From an uncultured delta proteobacterium (GTDB lineage: Bacteria; Myxococcota_A; Polyangia; Polyangiales; Polyangiaceae), in contig CAWAIF010000003.1 of assembly GCA_963782055.1 (NCBI GenBank), positions 3,648,001 to 3,712,000 of the forward strand: a stretch of DNA of 64,000 nucleotides. The letters are read 5' to 3'. The notes beneath the pieces are model-generated. The model was not told the DNA's origin, ran no database searches, and saw nothing but the letters and a program-made list of their open reading frames with translations. A program made the position numbers and the translations under genes. Shown in pieces: positions 21,882-31,469 of this stretch (position 1 is the stretch's first letter; each line of letters starts with the position of its first letter).

Positions 21882-22658
21882 TCACACCTGGAACCGGACG
21901 CGCGCCTGTGCGTACCGGGCGTCGCGCGCTTCCAGGCCGGACACCGCCGCGTCGTACTCGGCCCTCCCCTCGTGGTGGGCCCACACCAGGGAGTCGAAGC
22001 CCTCCTTGAACGCCGGATCCGTGGCGTAGCGCTTCGCGGCCTCCGGATGGGCGGAGAAGTAGGCCTTCCGGTCCACGTTCCCGTCGAGCATGCCGCGCGC
22101 TGCATTGAGACCCTGGTCCGCGTGGATCTGCACCAGGGCCATCTTGCTCTTGTCCGCGCCGAGCCCCTCCTCCGCGATCTTCTGCGTGCCGGCCTTCCAT
22201 CCGTCGGTGTACCTGGACATGAGGTCGCCCATGCGCTCGTCCTTGTAGCCCTGCGGGATGTCGAGGTTCGCGAGCATGGCCGCGTGCATCGTGTCCCGCT
22301 CCTCGGCCGAGGCCAGCGCATCACCCCCCACGATCTCTTTGCAGGTCGCGGCCACCTCGATCACGACGCCGGCCGCGATGAGCCCCGCTCCGAGCGCCGA
22401 CTCCTCCGCGCCCGCCGCGAGGATGTGGAGCACGCCGGGCCCCGCGTGCAGCCCCAAGTTCTTCGCGCTCAGCTCCTCCTGCTCGCGCTTGGTCGCCATC
22501 GTCGTGACGTCGTCGGCGCCGAACTCGACGTAGTCGTGCTCGCCCGCGTCGGAGCGGATCTGGTTCATCACCCGGACGGTCGAGGAGTCCTCGTAGCCCG
22601 CCCACTTGCTGAGATCTTGATCGGAGTACCGGTTGTTCGTGTTGACGCCGTCGGTCAT
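21882..22658 (-). CDS. Hypothetical protein
   Basis: Protein-like composition, GC3-biased codons, GAGGTGG upstream. Confidence 0.75.
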   Translation of the reverse strand: MTDGVNTNNRYSDQDLSKWAGYEDSSTVRVMNQIRSDAGEHDYVEFGADDVTTMATKREQEELSAKNLGLHAGPGVLHILAAGAEESALGAGLIAAGVVIEVAATCKEIVGGDALASAEERDTMHAAMLANLDIPQGYKDERMGDLMSRYTDGWKAGTQKIAEEGLGADKSKMALVQIHADQGLNAARGMLDGNVDRKAYFSAHPEAAKRYATDPAFKEGFDSLVWAHHEGRAEYDAAVSGLEARDARYAQARVRFQV

Positions 22659-22709
22659 GGGGGCCACCTCGACCCACCATCGGCCGGGGGCGGACCGCAG
22701 TTGCGCGGA

Positions 22710-23777
22710 TCAGAACCCGGCGGCGGCGCGCGCGACGTCCTTGTCCAGGGCGCCCGACTGGACCAGCGCCTTGAGGTGCATCTCGAAGGTCTGCATGCCG
22801 TAAGGGTGAACCCCCTTCTCCATGAGCTCCTTCATGGGGGGGTTGTTCTCCGGGCGCTTCACCGCCTCGCGCACGGTGCCGGTGGCGACCACGACCTCGG
22901 CCGCCAGCACCAGACCGGTGCCGTCCTTCCGGGGCAGCAGGCGCTGGGCGATGATGCCCTGCAGCGAGTCGCCGATGCGCTCGCGCAGCTCCTCGGCGGC
23001 GCCGGGCTGCCCCTTCGGTCCGAGCGCCAGCATGCGGTTGACCGTGCGCGACACGTCCGGCGTGTGGAGCGTGGAGAGCACCAGGTGCCCCGTCTCGGCG
23101 GCCTTGAGGGCGATGTCCAGGGTGATCTCGTCACGGATCTCGCCCACCAGGATGACGTCGGGGTCCTGGCGGAGAGCGGCGCGCAGGGCGTCGGCGAAGG
23201 TGCCGGTGTCGATGCCAATCTCCCGCTGGCTGATGCTGCACTTGTCGTCGGTGTGCAGGAACTCGATGGGGTCCTCGATGGTGACGACGTGCAGGGGCTG
23301 CGAGTGGTTGAGGTGGGCGATCATGGCCGCGAGGGTGGAGCTCTTGCCGTTGCCGGCGGCGCCCACCACCAGCACCAGGCCGCGATCGCGCTCGGCCAGG
23401 TACTGCGAGGCGGCCGGGGCGCCCAGCTCCTCGAAGGACGGGATCTGCAGCGGGATGGCGCGCATCACGATGGCGAGCGTCCCCTTCTGCCGGTAGACGT
23501 TGACGCGGAAGCGGCCGACGCCCGGCGCCTCGTAGGCGGTGTCGTGCTCGTAGAGCGCCTCGAGGTGGTCGCGCACCTCGGCGCGCTTGATGACGTGGCG
23601 GGCGAGCGCCTCGGTGTCCTCCGCCTTGAGGGCCTCGGAGCGGAAGTAGACGATGTCGCCGCGGACGCGCGCGCCGGGGGGCTGGCCGACCTTCAGGTGC
23701 ACGTCGCTCGCCTTGGCGGCCACGGCCTTGCCGAGGAGCTGCACGAGAAACGCTTCGTTGACGTACGGGCTGGGCAT
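22710..23777 (-). CDS. pilT: Type IV pilus retraction ATPase PilT/PilU family
   Basis: ASDVHL, RFRVN, GAAGNGKSST, TIEDPIE, ALRQDPDVILVGEIRD, AETGHLVLSTLHT, GMQTFE. Confidence 0.93.
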   Translation of the reverse strand: MPSPYVNEAFLVQLLGKAVAAKASDVHLKVGQPPGARVRGDIVYFRSEALKAEDTEALARHVIKRAEVRDHLEALYEHDTAYEAPGVGRFRVNVYRQKGTLAIVMRAIPLQIPSFEELGAPAASQYLAERDRGLVLVVGAAGNGKSSTLAAMIAHLNHSQPLHVVTIEDPIEFLHTDDKCSISQREIGIDTGTFADALRAALRQDPDVILVGEIRDEITLDIALKAAETGHLVLSTLHTPDVSRTVNRMLALGPKGQPGAAEELRERIGDSLQGIIAQRLLPRKDGTGLVLAAEVVVATGTVREAVKRPENNPPMKELMEKGVHPYGMQTFEMHLKALVQSGALDKDVARAAAGF

Positions 23778-23784
23778 CGGGCTC

Positions 23785-24390
23785 CTACTTTACGTCCAAG
23801 TCCGTGGGGATGTCGCCGGCGTGGACGCAGCCGTAGTCGACGAGCATGCGAAGCGCGCGGATGACATCGATGCGGACGGGCCTGGGCCGGGAGGTGTCCT
23901 TCGCGGCGGCGAGGAGGTCGGCGCAACCGGCGAAGAGCTCCTCGGCGTCCTCCGGATCGGTCTGCGCGCGCTTCCGGGCCGCGACGCGCGCTGCGCTCTC
24001 GGCGGCGGCGGTGGCCTCCGGGGCGGGGGCGTGGCGGGCGGCGTCGCCCAGCACGGGCATCATGACGAAGCCGTCGGCGTAGCCCATCGCGCGCAGCGCG
24101 GTCAGGCGGTACGCGGGCATCCCGGCGCGCTCCACCAGGCCGATGCCGCCCTCGGCGTCGGCGAGGCGCGCGAGCTCGTCGGGGTCGCCGTCCTTCGCCG
24201 CCGTCCAGAGGGCTTCCATCTGCGGCGTTCGTGCGGCGGCCGCGGCGGCGGAGGCCGCAGAGGCCGAGGCGGCGGCGTCGTCCACCCCGCCGCCCTTGCC
24301 GCCCTTCTTGCCGCAGTCGCACCGCGGGCCCAGCGTGGCGAGGGCGGCGAGGGCCGCCCAGGTCATCCATGTCCTTCTGGCGCGCGTCAC
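23785..24390 (-). CDS. Hypothetical exported Ala-rich helical protein
   Basis: Signal-like N-terminus with CDC; lies between the kinase and pilT with short gaps; GTG start at 24390 inferred. Confidence 0.6.
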   Translation of the reverse strand: MTRARRTWMTWAALAALATLGPRCDCGKKGGKGGGVDDAAASASAASAAAAAARTPQMEALWTAAKDGDPDELARLADAEGGIGLVERAGMPAYRLTALRAMGYADGFVMMPVLGDAARHAPAPEATAAAESAARVAARKRAQTDPEDAEELFAGCADLLAAAKDTSRPRPVRIDVIRALRMLVDYGCVHAGDIPTDLDVK

Positions 24391-24400
24391 GCGACCGAAG

Positions 24401-26491
24401 CTACTTCGGAGAGGCGGCGCAGCGCATCCCGATTCCGTAGCTGCGGTTGTCGGGCTGGAAATGGAAGCGGAAGGTGGGGCGCACCCACGAGGGATCGCTG
24501 CCGTTCCACGAGCCGCCGCGGGCCACGCGATCCTCGCCATCCTTGGGGCCTGTCGGGTCCTTCTGCGCGTCCTTCGTGTAGGGCGCGAAGTAGTCGCCGG
24601 TCCACTCCCAGACGTTGCCGTCGACGTCCATCAGGCCGTAGCGCGACTTGCCGTCGGGAAAGGAGCCGACGGGCGCAGTGGTGGCGAAGCCGTCGTCGTC
24701 GTTGAACATGGAAGCGAACGTCACCTGCCCGTCGACCTTGTTCTTCTTGCCCCACGCGACGCACTCGGCGCCGCACGCGTTGAGGAAGCGCGCGCTCGGT
24801 GGGTCGTCGCCCCAGGGGTAGGCGCGGCCGTCGGGACCGCGCGCGGCGAACTCCCACTGCGCCTCCGTCGGCAGGTGACCGCCCTGGACCTTGCAGTAGT
24901 TGGCCGCCATCTCCCAGTCGACGCAGTTGATGGGGTGACGGGCCTTGCCCGCGGGCTCGCGGATGTTGCAGAGCGGGTCGAGCACCTCCGACAGGTGGGG
25001 TGTCAGGCCGGCGAAGACGTTCTTGCGGCCGGCGGGCGGGCACTTGCCCACGTCGCTGCACGCCTTGTAGGCCTCCGTCGTGACCTCGGTCGCGTCGATG
25101 CAGTAGGGCGTCAGCGCCACGTGGTGCGCCGGCTTCTCGTTTTCCTTGGCGGCGGCGTCGGTGGAGCCCATGAAGAACTCCCCGCCGGTGATGTAGATCA
25201 TGCCCTTCGGGCACGTCGGCTTGGTGGGCACGGGCGGCGTCACCGCCACCGGCGCGCTGGAGGCGGCGGGAGGGGTGGCGTCCTTGCTGTGGTGGGTCAG
25301 GCCGAGGTACGCGCCCACTCCCCCCAGCACCACGACGAGCCCGGCGACGGCGAAGAGCCATCCCTTGCCGCCGCTCCGCGGCGTGGTCGGGAGCACGGGG
25401 GTGCTCGTCATCGACGGCATGGACGCGCCGGTGGTGCCGGGCGAGCCGGTCACGCCGCCGAGCTCGGCCACCGAGATCGTCCTGTCGGTGGTGATCGACG
25501 AGGAGACGGGCGACGCCGGCACGGGCATGGGCCCGGTGTCCGCCAGCGTCGCTCGCATGGGCTTCATCGCGAGCTCGCCGCGCAGGGCGTTCCAGAATTC
25601 GCCGGCGCTCTGGAAGCGCTCCTCCGGGACCACCGCGAGCGCCTTCTGGAAGATGGCCTCCACGCCGTCGCTGACCGTCGCGCCCAGTGTGCGCGGCGTG
25701 GGACGGCGGGTCTTGTCGGCGGACGCGTAGCCGAGCTGGACGAAGCTGTCGCCCTCCAGCGGATCGCGCTGCGTGAGCACCTCCGTCGCGACGAGGGCGA
25801 GGGCGAAGACGTCGGTCCAGGGGCCTGTGGCGCCGTGGGTGCGCGAGAACTGCTCCGGCGCGCCGTACGCCGGCGTGAAGGAGGTGACCTGCCCGCTCGT
25901 CTTGTTGAAGGAGCCGGCGAGCTTCTGCGCGTCCTGGACCACCTTGGCGATGCCGAAGTCCAGGAGCTTGACGGAGAAGCCCTGCGAGCGCGGGTCGCCG
26001 ATGATGAAGATGTTGGGGGGCTTGACGTCGCGATGGGCGATGCCGCGCCGGTGCGCGAGCGCCAGCGCCTCGGCGACCGGATCGAGAAGGTGCACGGTCT
26101 GCGCCACGTCGCGCGGGGCGAGGCCCTTCTGCTTCTCCGCGCTGATGACGGCCTCGAGCGAGGCGCCGTCCAGCCACTCCAGGACCATGTAGGGCACCCA
26201 GTCGCCCTTGGGGGTCGTGACGGTGCCGATGTCGCGCGCCTGAACGATGGCGACGGAGCGCTCCGAAAGGTCGGCGAGGAGCGCGCCCTCCTGGATGAAG
26301 CCCTGCACGAGGCGATCCCGCTCCTCGGCGCCGAAGTCGGAGAGGGCGCGGAAGGCCTTGATGGCGACCGGCCGCTTGAAGATGAGGTGCTGGGCCCGGT
26401 ACACGACGGCGAACCCGCCCTCGCCGACGACGCTCTCGATCTCGTATTTGTCGTCGATCTTCGTGCCGATCAGGCCAAGGGGATCATCCAT
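24401..26491 (-). CDS. Hanks-type Ser/Thr kinase - TM - FGE-sulfatase (SUMF1) domain fusion
   Basis: GEGGFAVVY, VAIK, HRDVKPPN, DFGIAK, APE; TM; FMGS, LPTEAQWEFAARG, GNVWEW, RGGSW. Confidence 0.93.
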   Translation of the reverse strand: MDDPLGLIGTKIDDKYEIESVVGEGGFAVVYRAQHLIFKRPVAIKAFRALSDFGAEERDRLVQGFIQEGALLADLSERSVAIVQARDIGTVTTPKGDWVPYMVLEWLDGASLEAVISAEKQKGLAPRDVAQTVHLLDPVAEALALAHRRGIAHRDVKPPNIFIIGDPRSQGFSVKLLDFGIAKVVQDAQKLAGSFNKTSGQVTSFTPAYGAPEQFSRTHGATGPWTDVFALALVATEVLTQRDPLEGDSFVQLGYASADKTRRPTPRTLGATVSDGVEAIFQKALAVVPEERFQSAGEFWNALRGELAMKPMRATLADTGPMPVPASPVSSSITTDRTISVAELGGVTGSPGTTGASMPSMTSTPVLPTTPRSGGKGWLFAVAGLVVVLGGVGAYLGLTHHSKDATPPAASSAPVAVTPPVPTKPTCPKGMIYITGGEFFMGSTDAAAKENEKPAHHVALTPYCIDATEVTTEAYKACSDVGKCPPAGRKNVFAGLTPHLSEVLDPLCNIREPAGKARHPINCVDWEMAANYCKVQGGHLPTEAQWEFAARGPDGRAYPWGDDPPSARFLNACGAECVAWGKKNKVDGQVTFASMFNDDDGFATTAPVGSFPDGKSRYGLMDVDGNVWEWTGDYFAPYTKDAQKDPTGPKDGEDRVARGGSWNGSDPSWVRPTFRFHFQPDNRSYGIGMRCAASPK

Positions 26492-26749
26492 CTCGAGCTC
26501 GTGTCAGGCCATACGCCGCGCCGCGGCGGCGAGTTTCGACGCGCCGCAAAACGTGGGGGAGAGCATCCTACACCGGCGAGCTGCCGAGGGCGGCATTTCC
26601 CTGCGGCCGTCGGCGCGGGCTGCAGGCTCCTCGCGCGCATCACGTCCGGCTCGCAGACGGCGCTCCGGGGCGGGATCCCCGACGTCGACTCCAACGACGA
26701 CGGATACTGTGGGATCGGTGGCTTTCAGGACGCAGGCGTCGCCGTCGTC

Positions 26750-26778
26750 TTGACAAAGGGCGCGGGTTTGGGCAGCTT
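26750..26778 (+). promoter_or_regulatory. Candidate sigma70 promoter for tRNA-Phe
   Basis: Perfect TTGACA, 17 bp, CAGCTT. Confidence 0.55.
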
Positions 26779-26810
26779 CCGCAGCCCTCGCCGGTCGCGG
26801 CAGGACCCAC

Positions 26811-26883
26811 GCCCAGGTAGCTCAGTCGGTAGAGCAGGGGATTGAAAATCCCCGTGTCGGCGGTTCGATTCCGTCCCTGGGCA
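26811..26883 (+). tRNA. tRNA-Phe(GAA); CCA not encoded (followed by CCG)
   Basis: Cloverleaf: GCCCAGG/CCTGGGC acceptor stem, GCTC/GAGC D-stem, GGGGA-TTGAAAA-TCCCC anticodon arm, GGTTCGATTCC T-arm. Confidence 0.97.
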
Positions 26884-26956
26884 CCGCTGCTCGAGACCGC
26901 ACGCCCCTCACACCGGGATGGGCGTGCGCGGGCGGAGCGCGGGAGGGTCTCGAGGT

Positions 26957-27511
26957 TCACCTCCCCACCCCGGTGCGCAGGACCCGCTGCGCGTACGGCT
27001 CCGGCAGCCCCTGGGGGAAGCGGGCGTACTGGTAGAGGGCGCCCAGACCGTCGCGCTGGACGCTCACCACGCGATGGGGGTCGACGGCGGCGGTGGTGAC
27101 GACCGTGGTGGAGAGGACCGCCCACGACGGCCCGCTGAAGACGAAGAAGAGGCCGTGCGTGAGCGCGGAGAGCGTGCCCACCACGCCCGTCGCGGTCAGG
27201 GCGCCCACGAGCGCGCCGTTGGAGTAGAGCGGCACGTGCACGCTGGTGATCATGGAGGCCGGCACGCGGAAGACGCGCTGGCCGTCGAGCACCACCAGCG
27301 CGTCGCGATCGGCGGCGAGCAGCTCGCCTCCCAGACGGAAGCCGTCCGCGCCCTGGATGCTGACGTGGTAGCCCTTCACCGGCACATCCCCCACGTCCAT
27401 CGCGGCAGGGTGGCCGGGGGGCGTCTCCGCGCGGCTGAGCGGCGCGCCGCCCCCGCACGCGGCGAGCGCGAGGGCGCCCGGCAGCAGCAGCGCTCCCCTC
27501 CCCCTCACCAT
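26957..27511 (-). CDS. Hypothetical lipoprotein
   Basis: Lipobox LAAC; C-terminal YARFPQGLP; overlaps the upstream gene stop. Confidence 0.7.
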   Translation of the reverse strand: MVRGRGALLLPGALALAACGGGAPLSRAETPPGHPAAMDVGDVPVKGYHVSIQGADGFRLGGELLAADRDALVVLDGQRVFRVPASMITSVHVPLYSNGALVGALTATGVVGTLSALTHGLFFVFSGPSWAVLSTTVVTTAAVDPHRVVSVQRDGLGALYQYARFPQGLPEPYAQRVLRTGVGR

Positions 27512-29055
27512 CGCTTCACCCGGCTCTGCCAGAAGACGCGGTCCATGTCCGGCTCGATCGCCTTGAACCTCGGCGCCAGCGTCTTCATCGCCGCCGCCGG
27601 GTTGAAGACGAGCTGGGTGGCCGCGGTCTGGTCCTCGTCGCGGAGCCACTCCTCGCGCATCCACTCGTAGTAGTACCCGCGCGACTCCAGGAAGAGCTCG
27701 CTCTCGCCCGCGGGCAGGTCGAAGTGCAGGGTGTAGGCGTCGCCGGGCATGGTGGTGAGGTGCGCGCCGCCGGGCATCAGCTCCGCCTTCGCGCGCGGGT
27801 CAGGCTCGCCCTTGTGCAGCACCACGCGCGGGGAGAGCGCGACGGGTGTCACCGGGTCGCCGAGCGAGGCGAGCGCGAGCTGGTCCAGCCGCCAGTTTCC
27901 ACGGGTCATCGTCAGACGGATTTGGAGCTCGCCCCCTTCGCGCGAGGCGTCGTCGGGCAGCACGACGAGCTGCGCCTCCCGCGCGATGGGGCCCACCTCG
28001 GCGAAGCTGCCGGCGCGCACGAAGGCGCCGCTGGTGGTCCGCACCGAGACCTCCACGTCGCCCAGGATGCTCCCCAGCCCGGCGAACGCCGCCCGTCCGC
28101 GCCGCTCGAGCAAGGTCATCCAGTCGGCCACGTGGTGCCCCATGAAGGCGAGGCCCTGGTAGAAGAGGAAGGTGTTGAGCAGGCTGTTGCGGCCGACGAC
28201 GAGCACGCCGACGCGCCCGCCGCGCGCGGGGAAGCGCACCTCCAGCGTCTCCTTCTGCGCGAGGTCGGTCGGGCTGGCGGGTGACTTGTACTCGTCGCCG
28301 TCGGTCGCGCGGAGCTTCGCGGTGACGTCGCCGGACTCCGCCACCACGCGCGACGGCGGCGCCATGTTGGTCGCCGGGTAGTAGACATCCCCCGCGCGCA
28401 GCACGCGGCCGCCCGGGGGGCGCCGGGCGGCGAGCACGCGCACCGAGTCGACGACGTGCGTCTCCAGGGCGTCGTTGGTCATGACCACCTTCAGGTCGCG
28501 GCCCTTCGGCGCGGCGGTCCACATCGCGTCCACGTCGGTCGCCTCGAGAGACCGGGCGATGCTCGACGAGAACCCCTCCGCCTGCAGCACCATGCCGTGG
28601 CCGTCGTCGGCGAAGAAGGTCGGGCAGGAGCCGAAGCACGCCTTGGTGTTGGAGAGGCAGTACGCGGTGAGGGCGAGGGAGAGGCCGGTGCCCACGGCCA
28701 GGGCGGCGACCTGCTCGGCGCCTCGCTGGACCTCGTAAGGGCGGTTGGTCTCGAAGAGGGCGACGTCGGCGAGGCGCACGGCCTGCGGGCCGGCGGCGCC
28801 GACCTGCAGGCGATCCATGTCGTACCGGACGCCGTGCCCGCTGGCGTAGCCGGCGGCGTCGTCGATGGTCCACCTGTCGAGCACGACGACGTCGCCGTTC
28901 TTCATGTGGCACTTCAGGAAGGGCGCACTCCAGGCGTCCGGCGGCATCGTGCCGACCTTGGACGGCGCGACGAAGTGAGCCTGATACGTCGTGTGCGAGC
29001 AGGCCGAGAGGCCCAGCGCGGCCAGGAGCAGGACGACGGCCGGCGGGCTGTGCAT
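27505..29055 (-). CDS. Hypothetical lipoprotein with CFGSCP motif
   Basis: Lipobox LSAC; internal TM then CLSNTKACFGSCPTFF; C-terminal GYYYEWMREEW. Confidence 0.75.
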   Translation of the reverse strand: MHSPPAVVLLLAALGLSACSHTTYQAHFVAPSKVGTMPPDAWSAPFLKCHMKNGDVVVLDRWTIDDAAGYASGHGVRYDMDRLQVGAAGPQAVRLADVALFETNRPYEVQRGAEQVAALAVGTGLSLALTAYCLSNTKACFGSCPTFFADDGHGMVLQAEGFSSSIARSLEATDVDAMWTAAPKGRDLKVVMTNDALETHVVDSVRVLAARRPPGGRVLRAGDVYYPATNMAPPSRVVAESGDVTAKLRATDGDEYKSPASPTDLAQKETLEVRFPARGGRVGVLVVGRNSLLNTFLFYQGLAFMGHHVADWMTLLERRGRAAFAGLGSILGDVEVSVRTTSGAFVRAGSFAEVGPIAREAQLVVLPDDASREGGELQIRLTMTRGNWRLDQLALASLGDPVTPVALSPRVVLHKGEPDPRAKAELMPGGAHLTTMPGDAYTLHFDLPAGESELFLESRGYYYEWMREEWLRDEDQTAATQLVFNPAAAMKTLAPRFKAIEPDMDRVFWQSRVKRW

Positions 29056-29162
29056 GCCACGAGGGTATGCCGCCCCGCCCGCGCCGGCCAGACCGCACGG
29101 GTCACGGAAGCTTGACCGGCTCGGCTTGAGGGGCGCGGCCGTTCGTGGCATTCCGTCGCGTC

Positions 29163-30758
29163 ATGGCCGCGAAGGTGAACCACTACGACGTCATCGTCAT
29201 CGGGGGCGGACACAACGGCCTGGTCACCGCCGGCCTGCTCGCCAAGAAGGGCCGGCGCGTGGTGCTGCTGGAGCGGCGAGAGGAGGTCGGCGGCGCGGCG
29301 ATCACGCAGCAGCCGTGGGGCCCCGACTTCAAGATGACCACGCTCTCTTACGTGGTCAGCCTCATGCCGCCCACCGTCCTGCGCGAGCTGGAGCTCGAGC
29401 GCCACGGCTACCACGTCTACCCGCAGCACGGGTACTTCGCCCCGCAGCCGGACGGCCGCTACCTGATGATGGCGGACGACGCGCAGCGGCGACACGACGA
29501 GATCGCCAAGTTCTCGAAGAAGGACGCCGACGCGATGGTGGCGTGGGACGCCTGGCTGGGGCGCCTCGGCCAGGTGCTTGGCCCGGTGCTGACGATGATC
29601 CCGCCCGAGCTCGGATCGCGGAAGCTCGGCGACGTGATGGCGCAGCTCGGCCTGGGCTGGAAGCTGCGCGAGCTTCGCCCGCGCGACGTGGCGGACGTGA
29701 CGCGCCTGATGACGATGAGCATCGCCGACCTGCTGGAGGAGCGCTTCGAGTCGCCGCAGATGCGCGGCGTGCTCTCGGTGAGCGGGGTCATCGGCACCTG
29801 GGCCGGGCCGCGCTCCCCGGGCACGGCGTACGTGATGGCGCACCACAAGATCGGCGACGTGGGCGACGGGCAGATGGGCTCGTGGGGCTTCCCGCGCGGT
29901 GGCATGGGCGGCGTGACGCAGGCCATGCGAAAGGCCGCCGAGTCCTTCGGCGCCACGGTGCGGACGGGCGCGCCGGTCGCGAAGATCCTGGTCACCGGCG
30001 GGCGCGCGCACGGCGTGGCGCTGGAGAGCGGCGAGGAGCTGGCCGCGAGCGTCATCGTCACGACGACGCACCCCAAGATCGCCTTCCTGAAGCATGTAGA
30101 GCGCAAGGATCTCCCGGAGGACTTCGTCACCGCCATCGAGCGGTGGAAGACGCGCAGCGGGACGGTGAAGGTGAACCTGGCGCTGGACCGCCTGCCCGAG
30201 TTCGCGTCCAGGCCGGGCTACGATCCGGAGGTTCACGGCGGCACCATCGTGCTGGCGCAGTCGCTCGAGGACGTGGAGGGAGCCTTCCAGGACGCGGTGG
30301 CGGGGCGCGCGGCGCGAAGGCCCTTCGCCGACATCTGCATCCCCAGCGTCTTCGACGACTCGCTCGCCCCGGAGGGCAAGCACGTGATGAGCATGTTCAC
30401 GCAGTGGGTGCCGCACACCTGGGCACAGGAGCCGGACCCCGCGGAGCTGGAGGCTTACGCGGACCGGGTGATCGCTCGCGTGGAGGAGGTGGCGCCCGGC
30501 TTCACCCGCTCCATCCTTCACAGGCAGGTCGTCGGCCCGCACCAGATGGAGCACGAGTATGGCCTGATCGGCGGCAACATCTTCCACGGCGAGCTCTCCG
30601 TCGCGCAGCTGTTCCACATGCGACCGGCGCCCGGGTACGCCGACTTCCGCACGCCCATCCGCGGCCTGTACCAGGCGTCCTCGGCCACGCACGGCGGGGG
30701 CGGCGTGACCGGCATCCCTGCGCTGCAGGTGGTGAAGCAGGTGCTCGCGGGGCGGTAG
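29163..30758 (+). CDS. Phytoene dehydrogenase-like FAD oxidoreductase (PYROXD2-like)
   Basis: GGGHNGL, LERREEVGGA, GGMG, GGNIFHG, RTPIRGLY..THGGGGVTG. Confidence 0.9.
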   Translation: MAAKVNHYDVIVIGGGHNGLVTAGLLAKKGRRVVLLERREEVGGAAITQQPWGPDFKMTTLSYVVSLMPPTVLRELELERHGYHVYPQHGYFAPQPDGRYLMMADDAQRRHDEIAKFSKKDADAMVAWDAWLGRLGQVLGPVLTMIPPELGSRKLGDVMAQLGLGWKLRELRPRDVADVTRLMTMSIADLLEERFESPQMRGVLSVSGVIGTWAGPRSPGTAYVMAHHKIGDVGDGQMGSWGFPRGGMGGVTQAMRKAAESFGATVRTGAPVAKILVTGGRAHGVALESGEELAASVIVTTTHPKIAFLKHVERKDLPEDFVTAIERWKTRSGTVKVNLALDRLPEFASRPGYDPEVHGGTIVLAQSLEDVEGAFQDAVAGRAARRPFADICIPSVFDDSLAPEGKHVMSMFTQWVPHTWAQEPDPAELEAYADRVIARVEEVAPGFTRSILHRQVVGPHQMEHEYGLIGGNIFHGELSVAQLFHMRPAPGYADFRTPIRGLYQASSATHGGGGVTGIPALQVVKQVLAGR

Positions 30759-30967
30759 CTCGGGGTGACGGTGGTCGGACGCGGCACATGAATGCGCGTC
30801 ACCCACCCTGCGACGAAGTGTGGGCGCGCAGGACGACGCCTCATCCTGAACGAAGTCCCCGCCTCTGGGGACCGTCCTGTCCCGCCCCCGACCCGATCGC
30901 CGATTGGGGCGGGACGACTCCATTCTGCGGCCCAGGGCCCCTTTCCAGACAGCGTGCGGAGGGAAAC

Positions 30968-31456
30968 GTGAGCGCGAAACTTCTCGCTTCGATGGTCGTG
31001 GTTTGTCTCGCGGGTGCCGGGTGCGCCTACGGCGTCCAGAGCTTCGACGACGGCGGGCCGCACGCCAAGGCGCAGGACGCCGGCGCGACCAAGGACGCCG
31101 GGCACCTGGTCACCTCCGACGCCGGCACCACGCAGGACTCCGGCCACGTCGCCGACGACTCCGGGGTCTTCGACCCGCCCGACACCGGGCCGCTCTGCAG
31201 CCTCTCGCTCCCCACCGGGCTGCAGGCGTGCGACGACTGCCTCGGCACGAGCTGCTGCAACGAGGACAACGGGTGCGGCCAGAACCAGGACTGCACCGCC
31301 TTCCTCACGTGCCTCGACGCCTGCTTCCCGCTGGACGGCGGCGCGCCGGACCAAACGTGCGCCGACGCCTGCTCCACCGACTACCCGCAGGGGATGCAGG
31401 AGTTCGACCAGCTCTCCACGTGCATGCAGTCCTTCTGCAACAACGAGTGCCAGTGA
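30968..31456 (+). CDS. Cys-rich lipoprotein
   Basis: GTG start after GGAGGG; lipobox AGAGC; DAG/DSG repeats; CDDCLGTSCC motif. Confidence 0.75.
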   Translation: MSAKLLASMVVVCLAGAGCAYGVQSFDDGGPHAKAQDAGATKDAGHLVTSDAGTTQDSGHVADDSGVFDPPDTGPLCSLSLPTGLQACDDCLGTSCCNEDNGCGQNQDCTAFLTCLDACFPLDGGAPDQTCADACSTDYPQGMQEFDQLSTCMQSFCNNECQ

Positions 31457-31469
31457 GGCGAGCGCAGCG

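Noticed and set aside
26811..31456. tRNA-anchored genomic island
   Set aside because: No integrase, no duplicated tRNA 3' end found, and no evident compositional shift.
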